This document shows positions 46,310-54,406 of a stretch of 54,406 bases of DNA, piece after piece (the first letter of the stretch is position 1; every line of letters begins with the position of its first letter). The position numbers and the translations under genes were made by a program. Source of the stretch: a virus. Taxonomy: Duplodnaviria > Caudoviricetes. The notes under the pieces are model-generated. The model did not search any database and was not told the DNA's origin. It saw only the letters and a list, made by a program, of their open reading frames with translations. The stretch covers positions 1 through 54,406 of IMG/VR virus record IMGVR_UViG_3300020043_000644. One strand, 5' to 3'.

Positions 46310-48359
46310 TACCTGTGAATCCTTGTTCTTGTGGTGTAGGTGCCATGCCAACACCAATGTTACCACCTCCAGTACCAGCAGTATCTGCTACACCGGGAAC
46401 TCCGGGAGCACCAGCAGCTGGAGCAGGTGGTTGACCTTGTTGCATTAGCACGGCTTGTCTTGCTGCTTCTTCAATGCTATTGGTTACCTTCTCAGGATCC
46501 AAATCCATTGCCTTAGCAATCTCCCTAATAATATACGGGAATTTAGCATAAGGTGCAAGTGCTGGACTGCTGGCAACTTGCAAGAACTGCATGAGTCTTT
46601 GGCTACGTACTTCGTTAGCCATGAGACTTTCAGTACCACGGGCTTTAACTTCTAAGTCACCCTTAATCTCAGAATCAAAATCAAACTGCATGTTAAAGCT
46701 AAAGAATGCTTCACCGATAGGACGTAACAAATAATCGTCTACGTTCTTGATAACGGTCTTAATACTACCAGATGCAGCATTCATTAACATGCTAATACCA
46801 CTAGCTGTACGACCTACACCAGATACACCAGTCTGCCCATGGGAGAATGATGGTAAGCCGGTAGCTTCGTCAGCTAATATACGAGCCTTGTCAAACAACT
46901 GTAGGTTCTCGTTGGATACGTTAGGAAACTTCGTACCAAAGATAGCCTGACCGGGAGCACCACCTTGTCTACGGAATACTTTTCCGGGATACACAGACAG
47001 GTCTTGACCGGGTACGAGATTGGTTTCATCCACCTCGAACACTAAATTGCCAGATAGGACGGCATTGTCTACCGCCATACGCATAAACCCATTCATTAAA
47101 GTTTGTGTGTCGTCCATGTTTTCTGCGACACCGATGCCAAAGAAAGAGTAGGGGTTTAGTTCGTAAGGGACAGCATAATACGGAATCCTAGCTGGCTTAA
47201 AAGGATTTAATACCATTCGCAAGATACGACCATTGCAATACCAAATGTTTGCCTGTAATTCATCGGCAGCATTTAATTCAGCAGGGACTTTAACTCCATT
47301 AGCTTCTAGTACATCACGCTCAACGGAACCCCAAAATTCTAATACTTCAAAGCGATCAATACCTTGATCTACTTGATAGTCATTTAAATCATCTTCCCAG
47401 TACTTCTTGGTATAAGACTCACCACGATTGATAACATCATCGATTACTTTAGAACGGAAGAATGGACGTTTCTTTAAAGCTCGCATTTGACTACGGCTCA
47501 TCTTGTGTCGCTCGATAATGTATTGAGCTTCGTCCATGTTAGATGCATCTGGATCTGGGTACAGATTCCAAACGCTTACATGAGATGTAGACGGTACAGT
47601 TTTAATGTTAGGAGAATACTCTCCATCGGTTGTCCAGTTTGCATATTCTTTATCTACAGCAAACGGACCTTTCATGATACCAGTACCGAAGAGTGCCATC
47701 TCAAATGCAGTAGATCTTAACTGCTTACTTGCATTGCTCTCATCTAACTGGTCTTTAATCTTCTTCTCCATCTTCTTAGCAGCAATCATTGCTGGGCTAA
47801 ATGTGACAGAGGTAGGAGTAATACCCGGACCTTCATTTAAATTTTGAATGCCAGATAACTCGTCTGTTAAAGGACCTAATCTATCTTGTAATGTTTTATA
47901 TGTAGCTCCGGGAGGTAGATTTTGTCCATCGCCTTTATATCCGTATGGAGAAAAGTCAGGAACAGCCTGACGTACATTTGCTTCGTTGGGATCAAAGCTA
48001 ACATCTTCAACAACACCTTCTGGTAGTACAGTAGGATCTACGCTAATGGGGAAATTATTATTGGAGAACAGTACATCTACAATTTGACCATAGGCTGCCA
48101 GTGTTTTAGTCTTGGTGACCTTGATAAACACACGGCTCTTCTCTGCCTCAGTAAACTGTACATCAGGACCATACAAGCCACGATAGTTACGATAGGCACG
48201 TAGCCATCTTTCTTCGTCATTGCGTCTTGTTGTCTCTGCTTTGTTGTACTTCTCCATTAATAACTGAACAATGGGAGCAGCTACAGGATCTTCCTCGTTG
48301 ATGTTGCTCACATCTTTTAAGTTAATGGACTCGTCTTCGATTAGGTTCTTATCTGCCAT
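46251..48359 (-). CDS. portal protein
   Basis: W..AYRNYRG, LFGTG..KGP, YPDP.A, FFG.G..E, RTASG.SML; follows terL. Confidence 0.9.
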   Translation of the reverse strand: MADKNLIEDESINLKDVSNINEEDPVAAPIVQLLMEKYNKAETTRRNDEERWLRAYRNYRGLYGPDVQFTEAEKSRVFIKVTKTKTLAAYGQIVDVLFSNNNFPISVDPTVLPEGVVEDVSFDPNEANVRQAVPDFSPYGYKGDGQNLPPGATYKTLQDRLGPLTDELSGIQNLNEGPGITPTSVTFSPAMIAAKKMEKKIKDQLDESNASKQLRSTAFEMALFGTGIMKGPFAVDKEYANWTTDGEYSPNIKTVPSTSHVSVWNLYPDPDASNMDEAQYIIERHKMSRSQMRALKKRPFFRSKVIDDVINRGESYTKKYWEDDLNDYQVDQGIDRFEVLEFWGSVERDVLEANGVKVPAELNAADELQANIWYCNGRILRMVLNPFKPARIPYYAVPYELNPYSFFGIGVAENMDDTQTLMNGFMRMAVDNAVLSGNLVFEVDETNLVPGQDLSVYPGKVFRRQGGAPGQAIFGTKFPNVSNENLQLFDKARILADEATGLPSFSHGQTGVSGVGRTASGISMLMNAASGSIKTVIKNVDDYLLRPIGEAFFSFNMQFDFDSEIKGDLEVKARGTESLMANEVRSQRLMQFLQVASSPALAPYAKFPYIIREIAKAMDLDPEKVTNSIEEAARQAVLMQQGQPPAPAAGAPGVPGVADTAGTGGGNIGVGMAPTPQEQGFTGNEQPQQQQQAVPPQAQGLG

Positions 48360-48368
48360 TCTTTACCT

Positions 48369-49952
48369 TTAATATCCAAATGTTGGATCTGCAATAGGGA
48401 CACCACTCTTTTGATGCAAGGGGTTATAGTCCCACAAATTACTTCTTGGTCTACTCATTATACCGTAACGCATTGCGTCATACAAATGGTCTTCCGACTT
48501 CGTATCAATATCCTCTGGGTTATGTTTATCCAAAGGAATGATAGGAAGCTGGGCAATTAAGTTCGTACAGTTGCTAGTTATAACCAATCTTGGCTCTTCT
48601 GTAAACTGGTCTACCTGTAATCGCCTATGTATTTCATTCTTACCTGCAATACGACTACCTGCACTTCTATCTGCGGGTCTCCACCGACACCCTTGCTGAA
48701 TCATTTGTTCCGCTAAGGATGGACCAGTGTCTCCCCTCTTGTGCCAACACGATGAATCCAGTACGCCATAGCGAATAGTTCCATCATTCTGCTCTAATTC
48801 CAGTACCATATTCGCCAAATCCTTGGCTAATACCTTACTTACGTACAATTCCCTGTAAACAATCAGTTGTTCTGCTGGAGTTACAGCAAACCAGATAACT
48901 GCTGAGTAAGAACCGTAGCCATAGTCACACGCTCTGAACTTAACCCAGCTTTTAGGGATGTCCATCGGATCAATAACGTGGATCGTGCGATTAAACTCAG
49001 GGAAAGCTGCTCCTTCTGATACATCCCAGTTACCCTCCAACAATTGCTTACGTTGATGCTCTGGTAATGACAGTAGCATCGTCTCATAATCACCTTGCTC
49101 AGCAAGATATGGGTTATCTGTCAGCATTGCAGGTATAAACCTACGCTTAAACAGGGGTTGCCCCTCCTTACTGTGCCCCTTTGGGTAGGACATTACCTGT
49201 GCTGTCTCAATATCCGTAGCCCAGTACGCTCTACCCGGTCTTGATGGGTCAATAAACATCTTTTTAACCCATGCATGTCCCGGTCCACCGGGGTTTGTAG
49301 TAGCTCTCATGTAGATTGGCAGGTCTGGTGCCGTACTACGCAGACGAGAACGCATATAATTCCATGCAAATGGGGTAGACCACTGCGTTAACTCATCAAA
49401 TCCTACCCAACTAAACGCTAAACCCTGATAACGGAGGACATCTTCGTCCCTATCGAGGTATGAAAACCATAATCTAGCCCCACTTGGAGCCACCCACTGC
49501 ATCTTTCTCTCCGACCACTTGATGCCGGGGTAGATTTTGGGGTACATTTCCTGACTTTTCCAAATCAGTTCTCGTAATTCCTCAGTCGTATGACGCAAAA
49601 GCAGTCCACTAAACTGTGGATGACCCATATACCGCAGTGGATCGGCTAACATCGCATACGATTTACCACCTCCAGCAGCCCCGCCATACAATACTTCACG
49701 TTCTGGTGCAGCTAAGAAGAGTGTCTGTGGTCCCGGATTGGGTTTAAAGATAATATTCTGTTCCGTAATATCGGGAACATAAGCATCATCACCAGTACTC
49801 TTCGCACTCGTCTTCACTTCTGGCTGTGGCTCTGTCTTTGTAGACTTTTTTGCCGAGCCTGTTTTCGTATTTCTCTGCTTCTTCAATGGCGTGTCTGAGT
49901 CTTGCAGCCCAGCTTCGGAGAGTAGAAGCTTTTGTCTTGTTGTACTGCTCAT
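48369..49952 (-). CDS. terL: terminase large subunit (start uncertain)
   Basis: YGGAAGGGKS, FDEL, ATTNPGG, DYGY, EDHLYDAMRY. Confidence 0.95.
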   Translation of the reverse strand: MSSTTRQKLLLSEAGLQDSDTPLKKQRNTKTGSAKKSTKTEPQPEVKTSAKSTGDDAYVPDITEQNIIFKPNPGPQTLFLAAPEREVLYGGAAGGGKSYAMLADPLRYMGHPQFSGLLLRHTTEELRELIWKSQEMYPKIYPGIKWSERKMQWVAPSGARLWFSYLDRDEDVLRYQGLAFSWVGFDELTQWSTPFAWNYMRSRLRSTAPDLPIYMRATTNPGGPGHAWVKKMFIDPSRPGRAYWATDIETAQVMSYPKGHSKEGQPLFKRRFIPAMLTDNPYLAEQGDYETMLLSLPEHQRKQLLEGNWDVSEGAAFPEFNRTIHVIDPMDIPKSWVKFRACDYGYGSYSAVIWFAVTPAEQLIVYRELYVSKVLAKDLANMVLELEQNDGTIRYGVLDSSCWHKRGDTGPSLAEQMIQQGCRWRPADRSAGSRIAGKNEIHRRLQVDQFTEEPRLVITSNCTNLIAQLPIIPLDKHNPEDIDTKSEDHLYDAMRYGIMSRPRSNLWDYNPLHQKSGVPIADPTFGY

Positions 49953-50241
49953 CTTTTACTCGTTTCAGTAATCCTACGTGGGATATATATCTGCCAGTTA
50001 CCTTAGTAAGCCAAGCTGCTACATGCCTAGACGAATATCGATTTAAGTACTCCTTGGCTTTTTCTAATGCTTCTAGCTCTACAGGAATCGGATCCAATAA
50101 AAATTCATCATGATCCGATACTTTATACCCAAACGGTATTTGTCTTCTATTCAAACGAGGGATCGGTACATACTCCCCCTTCTCTGCTGCTTCTTTCGGT
50201 TGTGGCAATATCCATCTACCTACTGTAGTACGGATAGCCAT
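49789..50241 (-). CDS. DNA-binding protein resembling a serine-recombinase 'recombinase' subdomain
   Basis: IPFGY...S.R.VAAWL....GR.ISH.GL; no catalytic domain. Confidence 0.55.
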   Translation of the reverse strand: MAIRTTVGRWILPQPKEAAEKGEYVPIPRLNRRQIPFGYKVSDHDEFLLDPIPVELEALEKAKEYLNRYSSRHVAAWLTKVTGRYISHVGLLKRVKDEQYNKTKASTLRSWAARLRHAIEEAEKYENRLGKKVYKDRATARSEDECEEYW

Positions 50242-50245
50242 TCAC

Positions 50246-50617
50246 TTACTCCTCTATATCTTTTTCCTTGGGTGGAAGAATCATCAAACCATTGGTAGCT
50301 TCGACTTGTACTTTCTCAGTCTTGACTAAACCAACACGATCCAATAGATCCTTAGCAGCACTTAGTTTATCACGTAATCCTAGTTCTGTCGGGTCAACCA
50401 TACCACTGACAAGTGACATAGCTGCACGAGGAGCATTACGTGCCATATAAAGTTGGGTACGTTCCATGATCTCTTCTTTAAGTCCCTTGATGATATCGGT
50501 TGTTGGACTATTATCAGAGTACCCAGCCAATTCTTTTGCACGTACAACATCACCGCCTGCTTGTTCAAACAGGACCTCTAGAAACTTAACTTGCTTTTCA
50601 GTTAGTTCTCTACTCAT
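50246..50617 (-). CDS. terS: probable terminase small subunit
   Basis: LTEKQ..F...A..AGYS and AAKDLLDR.G; two genes upstream of terL. Confidence 0.65.
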   Translation of the reverse strand: MSRELTEKQVKFLEVLFEQAGGDVVRAKELAGYSDNSPTTDIIKGLKEEIMERTQLYMARNAPRAAMSLVSGMVDPTELGLRDKLSAAKDLLDRVGLVKTEKVQVEATNGLMILPPKEKDIEE

Positions 50618-50865
50618 TTTGTTTTCCTAAATGGTTTTACTTTTTTAGCAACAGCTTTCGGCTGTGCAACAAACTGTCTACCTTTTGCTGTGCCCACTCG
50701 TTTAGCTCTTGTCGTTGCTTCATATTCCGCAGGAGTAAGAGCTTTAATAGCAGCCTCTGGTAGATATCTTTCCCCTGTCTTGGAGCTTGGCTTTCCACTT
50801 TTGGTACGCCACTTTTGTTTGCCCCACGACTTAAGAGATAGCTGCGGTTTTTTAAGAGCACTCAC
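50614..50865 (-). CDS. small basic protein (DUF5872 C-terminal-half-like)
   Basis: W.KQKWRTKSGKPS..TGERYLP. Confidence 0.65.
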   Translation of the reverse strand: MSALKKPQLSLKSWGKQKWRTKSGKPSSKTGERYLPEAAIKALTPAEYEATTRAKRVGTAKGRQFVAQPKAVAKKVKPFRKTK

Positions 50866-51047
50866 TTATAACCCCCACCGGCAGCTTTATATTTCTTTGC
50901 CACTAGTTGTGCTTTTCTTGCTGACCACTGACCTGCGGCTGTTCCTTGTACTGCGGCAGCCTTTACCTGTGAGACTATCTTCTTACGCATCTCTGGCTTG
51001 GTATAGTTACCAGCAGCATTTACTTTTGATTTAGTTTTAGTAGCCAT
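50862..51047 (-). CDS. small basic protein (DUF5872 N-terminal-half-like)
   Basis: NYTKP..RK...GQWSARKAQ...YKAAGGGY. Confidence 0.65.
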   Translation of the reverse strand: MATKTKSKVNAAGNYTKPEMRKKIVSQVKAAAVQGTAAGQWSARKAQLVAKKYKAAGGGYK

Positions 51048-51050
51048 AGT

Positions 51051-51383
51051 TTATAGTGCCGTAGCAAAGTCCTCAAGTACTTTAAAGGTTACAGTAACGC
51101 TGGTATTAACATTTGCTAACGCTCTGATCTTATCGGTTGCAACTAAGTATATCGATTCTTCTATCTGGATTATTCCATTTGGTACTAGTGGCATATCCTT
51201 CATCAAATAACTCCATGTACTGTTCACAGAGTCGTAGTACTCCATCGATATTGTTCTCGGTGATGTAGTGGTATTTGTAATAAAAATACTAAATACTTCT
51301 GCATTCCAACGATCTGGTACTGTGTAAATATCTTGATTGCTGGTAGTCAAGACGGTACTAATTGTTCTGTTCTTAGTTGGCAT
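51051..51383 (-). CDS. small beta protein, paralog of 34749-35075
   Basis: IYTVP...NTTTSP...L.ATDKI; start re-placed at ATG 51383. Confidence 0.65.
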   Translation of the reverse strand: MPTKNRTISTVLTTSNQDIYTVPDRWNAEVFSIFITNTTTSPRTISMEYYDSVNSTWSYLMKDMPLVPNGIIQIEESIYLVATDKIRALANVNTSVTVTFKVLEDFATAL

Positions 51384-51384
51384 A

Positions 51385-52638
51385 TTATCGTGATACCTCT
51401 TCCCAGTCAAAGGAAGCATGGATTTGTGCACTATTGGTTGAAGCTGCTGCAATTAAAGTTAGTTCATACGGAGTGCTAGTCAATCCATTTCTTTCTAACT
51501 GATTTGCAAACAAAGCTGCTTTCAAAATATCAATGGTACTTGCCCCTTGATTTGATCCCTGTGTATAGCCAGATGCTAGTATCCTACCCCCAGTAAAAGA
51601 ACTACCAGTAAGATTATATTCAATGCCAGAGTTTGTCCCAGCACTAACCCAAGTTCCACCTGTCGTAGTTCCAGAAGCTACTACTCGCCATTCATAATTG
51701 ACGTTATTGGTAATGCCTAAAATAGAGGCAGCGGTTAAAATAACAATTGCGTCAAGCCTAGTGGTTTTGAGTCGCAATGAAATAATGGGGTAGAAAGTTC
51801 CTGCAGTAGCTAAAGAAGTAGGAGATGTTATTGGTGTGCCTATTGCTTGCTGCAGCCCACTTAAACTATATCCACCTTCTGAAATAACGGTAGAGCATAC
51901 TTGCTTGAGTTTACTTGCACTTGCTGTTACTGCCGTATTTTTAATCTCATACCGCAATGGTAAAGATGCAGTAGTAATATACGTAGTTGTTACTAAGTTA
52001 GCATGATCAAAATTATGGGCTGGAACAAAGGTCCCATTGATAACAAATCCCATACGTACCGTACCAAGACCTAACCACTCGATGTCCATGTACATGATCT
52101 GAGCCTTGGATAGATCCAGTGTTATGCCAGACGGTCCAGTGCCATCTAACTTATCCTGATTCCAGCTAGACTGAGCTACTTGCGTATTTGTTGTAGCTCC
52201 AGTCACAAGACTACGTTCTACTAAATAAACACTAGTTCCATCACGTTCTATGTAGTACCCGTTATCTGCTCCGTAGTATCCAACTCTCTGACGTAGTCCT
52301 GCCTTAGCAGTACCCATGACAAAGGTATTCATGACTAATAAACTTTTGCCGGGCTGATAAGAAAATATTTTAGTAGTCTCTCTTACCACCTCATCATTGT
52401 TTGCTGTCCCTACATCTAGGTCAACTAAACCTTCATTGGCTACAAATGTAGCACTTGCTGTCCCTGTGGTAGCAGTACTCCAAAGGTTATTATCTGAATA
52501 CCGATGAGAGGAATCAAATAAGGTAAAAGGCTCACAGATCCTTAGTCTACCAAATGCATCTACACTAGGTCCACCAAATGCAGTATAGACGGGTAGGTTA
52601 GGAGACTGCCCTCTGGCAGGGTAATACGTAATCGTCAT
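51385..52638 (-). CDS. Thr/Gly-rich probable structural protein
   Basis: DAFGRLR..P.TLFDS, YQPGKS, EWLG.G.VR, SEGG. Confidence 0.6.
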   Translation of the reverse strand: MTITYYPARGQSPNLPVYTAFGGPSVDAFGRLRICEPFTLFDSSHRYSDNNLWSTATTGTASATFVANEGLVDLDVGTANNDEVVRETTKIFSYQPGKSLLVMNTFVMGTAKAGLRQRVGYYGADNGYYIERDGTSVYLVERSLVTGATTNTQVAQSSWNQDKLDGTGPSGITLDLSKAQIMYMDIEWLGLGTVRMGFVINGTFVPAHNFDHANLVTTTYITTASLPLRYEIKNTAVTASASKLKQVCSTVISEGGYSLSGLQQAIGTPITSPTSLATAGTFYPIISLRLKTTRLDAIVILTAASILGITNNVNYEWRVVASGTTTGGTWVSAGTNSGIEYNLTGSSFTGGRILASGYTQGSNQGASTIDILKAALFANQLERNGLTSTPYELTLIAAASTNSAQIHASFDWEEVSR

Positions 52639-52641
52639 GGA

Positions 52642-53043
52642 TTACTTTTTCTTTCTAGCAACCGATAAGGCAATAGCAATCGCCTGCCCTTTATCTTTAA
52701 CTACCTTACCATTCTTGCCTGAGTGCAAAGACTTATCCTTAAACTCACCCATGACCTTACCTACTTTAGCAGTTTGCTTTTTAGACATACTCTTGCTTGC
52801 TGTCGCTACGCCACCCTGTGCCATCTTTTTTACTGGTTTAGCTTTTTTCACCATGCCACCTTTTCTGAGAGCAGTAGTTGGTGAATCTACAGATGCAGAT
52901 TTCTTTTTCATCAACTGCTGTTGTAAATCCATAATCTGTTTATTCAAACGGGCATCGGGTACAGATCTATCTGATGCCTGTACCTTAAGAGCAGTTAGCT
53001 GTCTAGTTAAAGACTCAATTTCTAATGCGTCTTTGGTTGCCAT
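52642..53043 (-). CDS. basic protein with C-terminal DUF6496-like domain and two xxxGG motifs
   Basis: KV.KVM.EFK...LHSG...QAIAIALS.AR. Confidence 0.7.
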   Translation of the reverse strand: MATKDALEIESLTRQLTALKVQASDRSVPDARLNKQIMDLQQQLMKKKSASVDSPTTALRKGGMVKKAKPVKKMAQGGVATASKSMSKKQTAKVGKVMGEFKDKSLHSGKNGKVVKDKGQAIAIALSVARKKK

Positions 53044-53046
53044 AGC

Positions 53047-53394
53047 TTACTTCTTCTTTGCTTTAGGGATACCAATCATAACGGCTAGGAAAGGAGCCTT
53101 ACCTGCTTTAGCAGCTTTAGAACCAGACTTAGTAACCTTACCACCAGCTGCCATCTTTTTAGCTAAACACTTGCCAGCAGCTTTGCACTTGGCAGGTGAC
53201 TTGCATTCGCTACAGGATTTGAATCCCTTCTTAACATCTCCACCCTTAGCCATCTTCTTCTCCTCTGCTTCTTTCTCTTTAGCCTTAGAAGCTTTGTATC
53301 TATCGTTATCTTCCTTGGCTTTCTTATTCTGCTCAGGGGTACCCATTACATTCTCATAGGCACGTTTAAAGATATTAGGATTTGTGCTTGGCAT
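53047..53394 (-). CDS. Lys-rich protein with a 4-Cys module flanked by MAxGG motifs
   Basis: MAKGGDV...CSECKSPAKCKAAGKC...MAAGGKV. Confidence 0.7.
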   Translation of the reverse strand: MPSTNPNIFKRAYENVMGTPEQNKKAKEDNDRYKASKAKEKEAEEKKMAKGGDVKKGFKSCSECKSPAKCKAAGKCLAKKMAAGGKVTKSGSKAAKAGKAPFLAVMIGIPKAKKK

Positions 53395-53395
53395 A

Positions 53396-53776
53396 TTACT
53401 TCTTCGCTTTCTGTGCTGGTTTCATGGAGGCACCACAGTTAGCCATACCACCTTTGTTGTATGCCATAGGTTTCTTCTTCTTAGCCATACCACCCTTACG
53501 CATATTCAACTCGTCTTGCAACTGCTTCTTCTCTTTCTCGGTAAGCTTACCTTTTGGAGCAGTCTTAGACTTACCCATAGCAGATGCATATGCCTCTTTA
53601 TCGGCAGCAGCTTCTTCTTCTTTGCTGAGCTTCTTGCTCTTCTCAATCTTTTGCTCTTTAGCGTACTCTTTCTGAGCAGCTAATGTGTCATCATCATAGC
53701 CGGGGGAGCCAGCCATCTTCTTTGCTGACTTGTCCATCTTTTCCAATTGCTTGGTTAGAAAACGTGCGATTGCCAT
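53396..53776 (-). CDS. Lys-rich protein with two xxKGG motifs
   Basis: MRKGGMA, YNKGGMA; AAGGA RBS. Confidence 0.7.
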   Translation of the reverse strand: MAIARFLTKQLEKMDKSAKKMAGSPGYDDDTLAAQKEYAKEQKIEKSKKLSKEEEAAADKEAYASAMGKSKTAPKGKLTEKEKKQLQDELNMRKGGMAKKKKPMAYNKGGMANCGASMKPAQKAKK

Positions 53777-53810
53777 ATGCTTAATCCTTCAAGTTAAAAA
53801 TTAATAATTG

Positions 53811-54080
53811 TTACCACTTCACCTTATCAGCCCAATACGCAGCAGAAAGTTTACCCTTTGAAATATTCTTAGCGTGTCTTGCCTTAAAAGACTTTTGTCT
53901 TGCCTTCTCTGCTGGTGTCTTGGGAGATGAACCAGCACCTGATACACCTTGTTGTCCAAAGCGTATTAACTTTTCTGTACTGCCTTCCTTAGCTAGTACA
54001 GCATGTGACTTGGTTGGGTGGCTAGGAGTTCTCTTAGGCTTGTTATAGCCACTGAACTCTTCCTTACCTTTTTTAATCAT
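53811..54080 (-). CDS. small basic conserved phage protein
   Basis: K.IRFGQQG...R.KSFKARH...SAAYWA.KVKW. Confidence 0.75.
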   Translation of the reverse strand: MIKKGKEEFSGYNKPKRTPSHPTKSHAVLAKEGSTEKLIRFGQQGVSGAGSSPKTPAEKARQKSFKARHAKNISKGKLSAAYWADKVKW

Positions 54081-54354
54081 GTAAACTTATACCGTTGTGG
54101 TTTTAAGACTCTGGACTCATTCCAACCCTACACCTTAACCCCTCCACATGCAACCCCACACGTTAATCCCTACACAAGTACTGCTGTAGTTAAGATATTA
54201 GGCTATGGTGTATAATCGATTCTGAAGGGCATAGGAAGCTCTTAGAGGCATTTAAATGTGAAGTTGGTATCTAGGTATCACTTTCAGTGAAAACAGCATA
54301 GCGTGGGTTTAAACGTGTCTTACCTTTGGATAGTACTTAAAGTGAAAATAATAC

Positions 54355-54384
54355 TTGACAAAAGTATGAAAGTACGGTTAAACT
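54355..54384 (+). promoter_or_regulatory. sigma70-type promoter facing out of the window
   Basis: TTGACA-18 bp-TAAACT with an A/T-rich upstream element. Confidence 0.5.
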
Positions 54385-54406
54385 ACGTCTAACAGACACT
54401 CACTTA

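Noticed and set aside
52637-53683. Long + strand ORFs (240, 97 and 99 aa)
   Set aside because: Antisense shadows of Lys/Ala-rich - strand genes; Phe/Leu-rich with no RBS. The same applies to most opposite-strand ORFs in the track.
54081-54406. Terminal repeat or circular overlap with the window start
   Set aside because: No match to the first bases seen; the first gene is 5'-truncated, so the genome ends are probably outside the window.
1-54406. Alternative genetic code or inteins
   Set aside because: Core genes read through at normal length with standard stops; PolA, helicase, NrdA and TerL show no intein-sized insertions.

Overview
Most of a ~54 kb podovirus-type dsDNA phage genome. It looks like the HMO-2011-type group: family A DNA polymerase with a DnaJ-type CxxCxGxG insertion, a tyrosine recombinase just upstream of primase/helicase, and no phage RNA polymerase that I can see. 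Two convergent arms. The + arm (1-19715) carries small early genes, DUF932, tyrosine recombinase, primase, helicase, PolA, SSB, exo/endonucleases, class Ia RNR (nrdA, nrdB) and ClpP. The - arm (54080 down to 19712) carries a cluster of small Lys-rich proteins, terminases, portal, GNAT, scaffold, an HNH-like endonuclease, major capsid, tail tube proteins, a repeat-rich fibre, five receptor-binding-protein/chaperone cassettes, lysis genes and internal virion proteins. Best candidates for undescribed biology: (1) a recurring [MLY]-x-x-G-G-x-[VAIL] peptide tag, 14 copies in six late proteins, that delimits modules and suggests a di-glycine processing or sorting system; (2) a compact structured RNA with complementary (kissing) loops and a competing start-codon-sequestering stem in front of the HNH gene; (3) an unannotated stand-alone sigma-70 region-4 mini-protein; (4) genome-wide GCGC/GGCC/CGCG avoidance broken only inside two tail-cassette genes. 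All functional calls come from motif recognition by eye; no searches were run.
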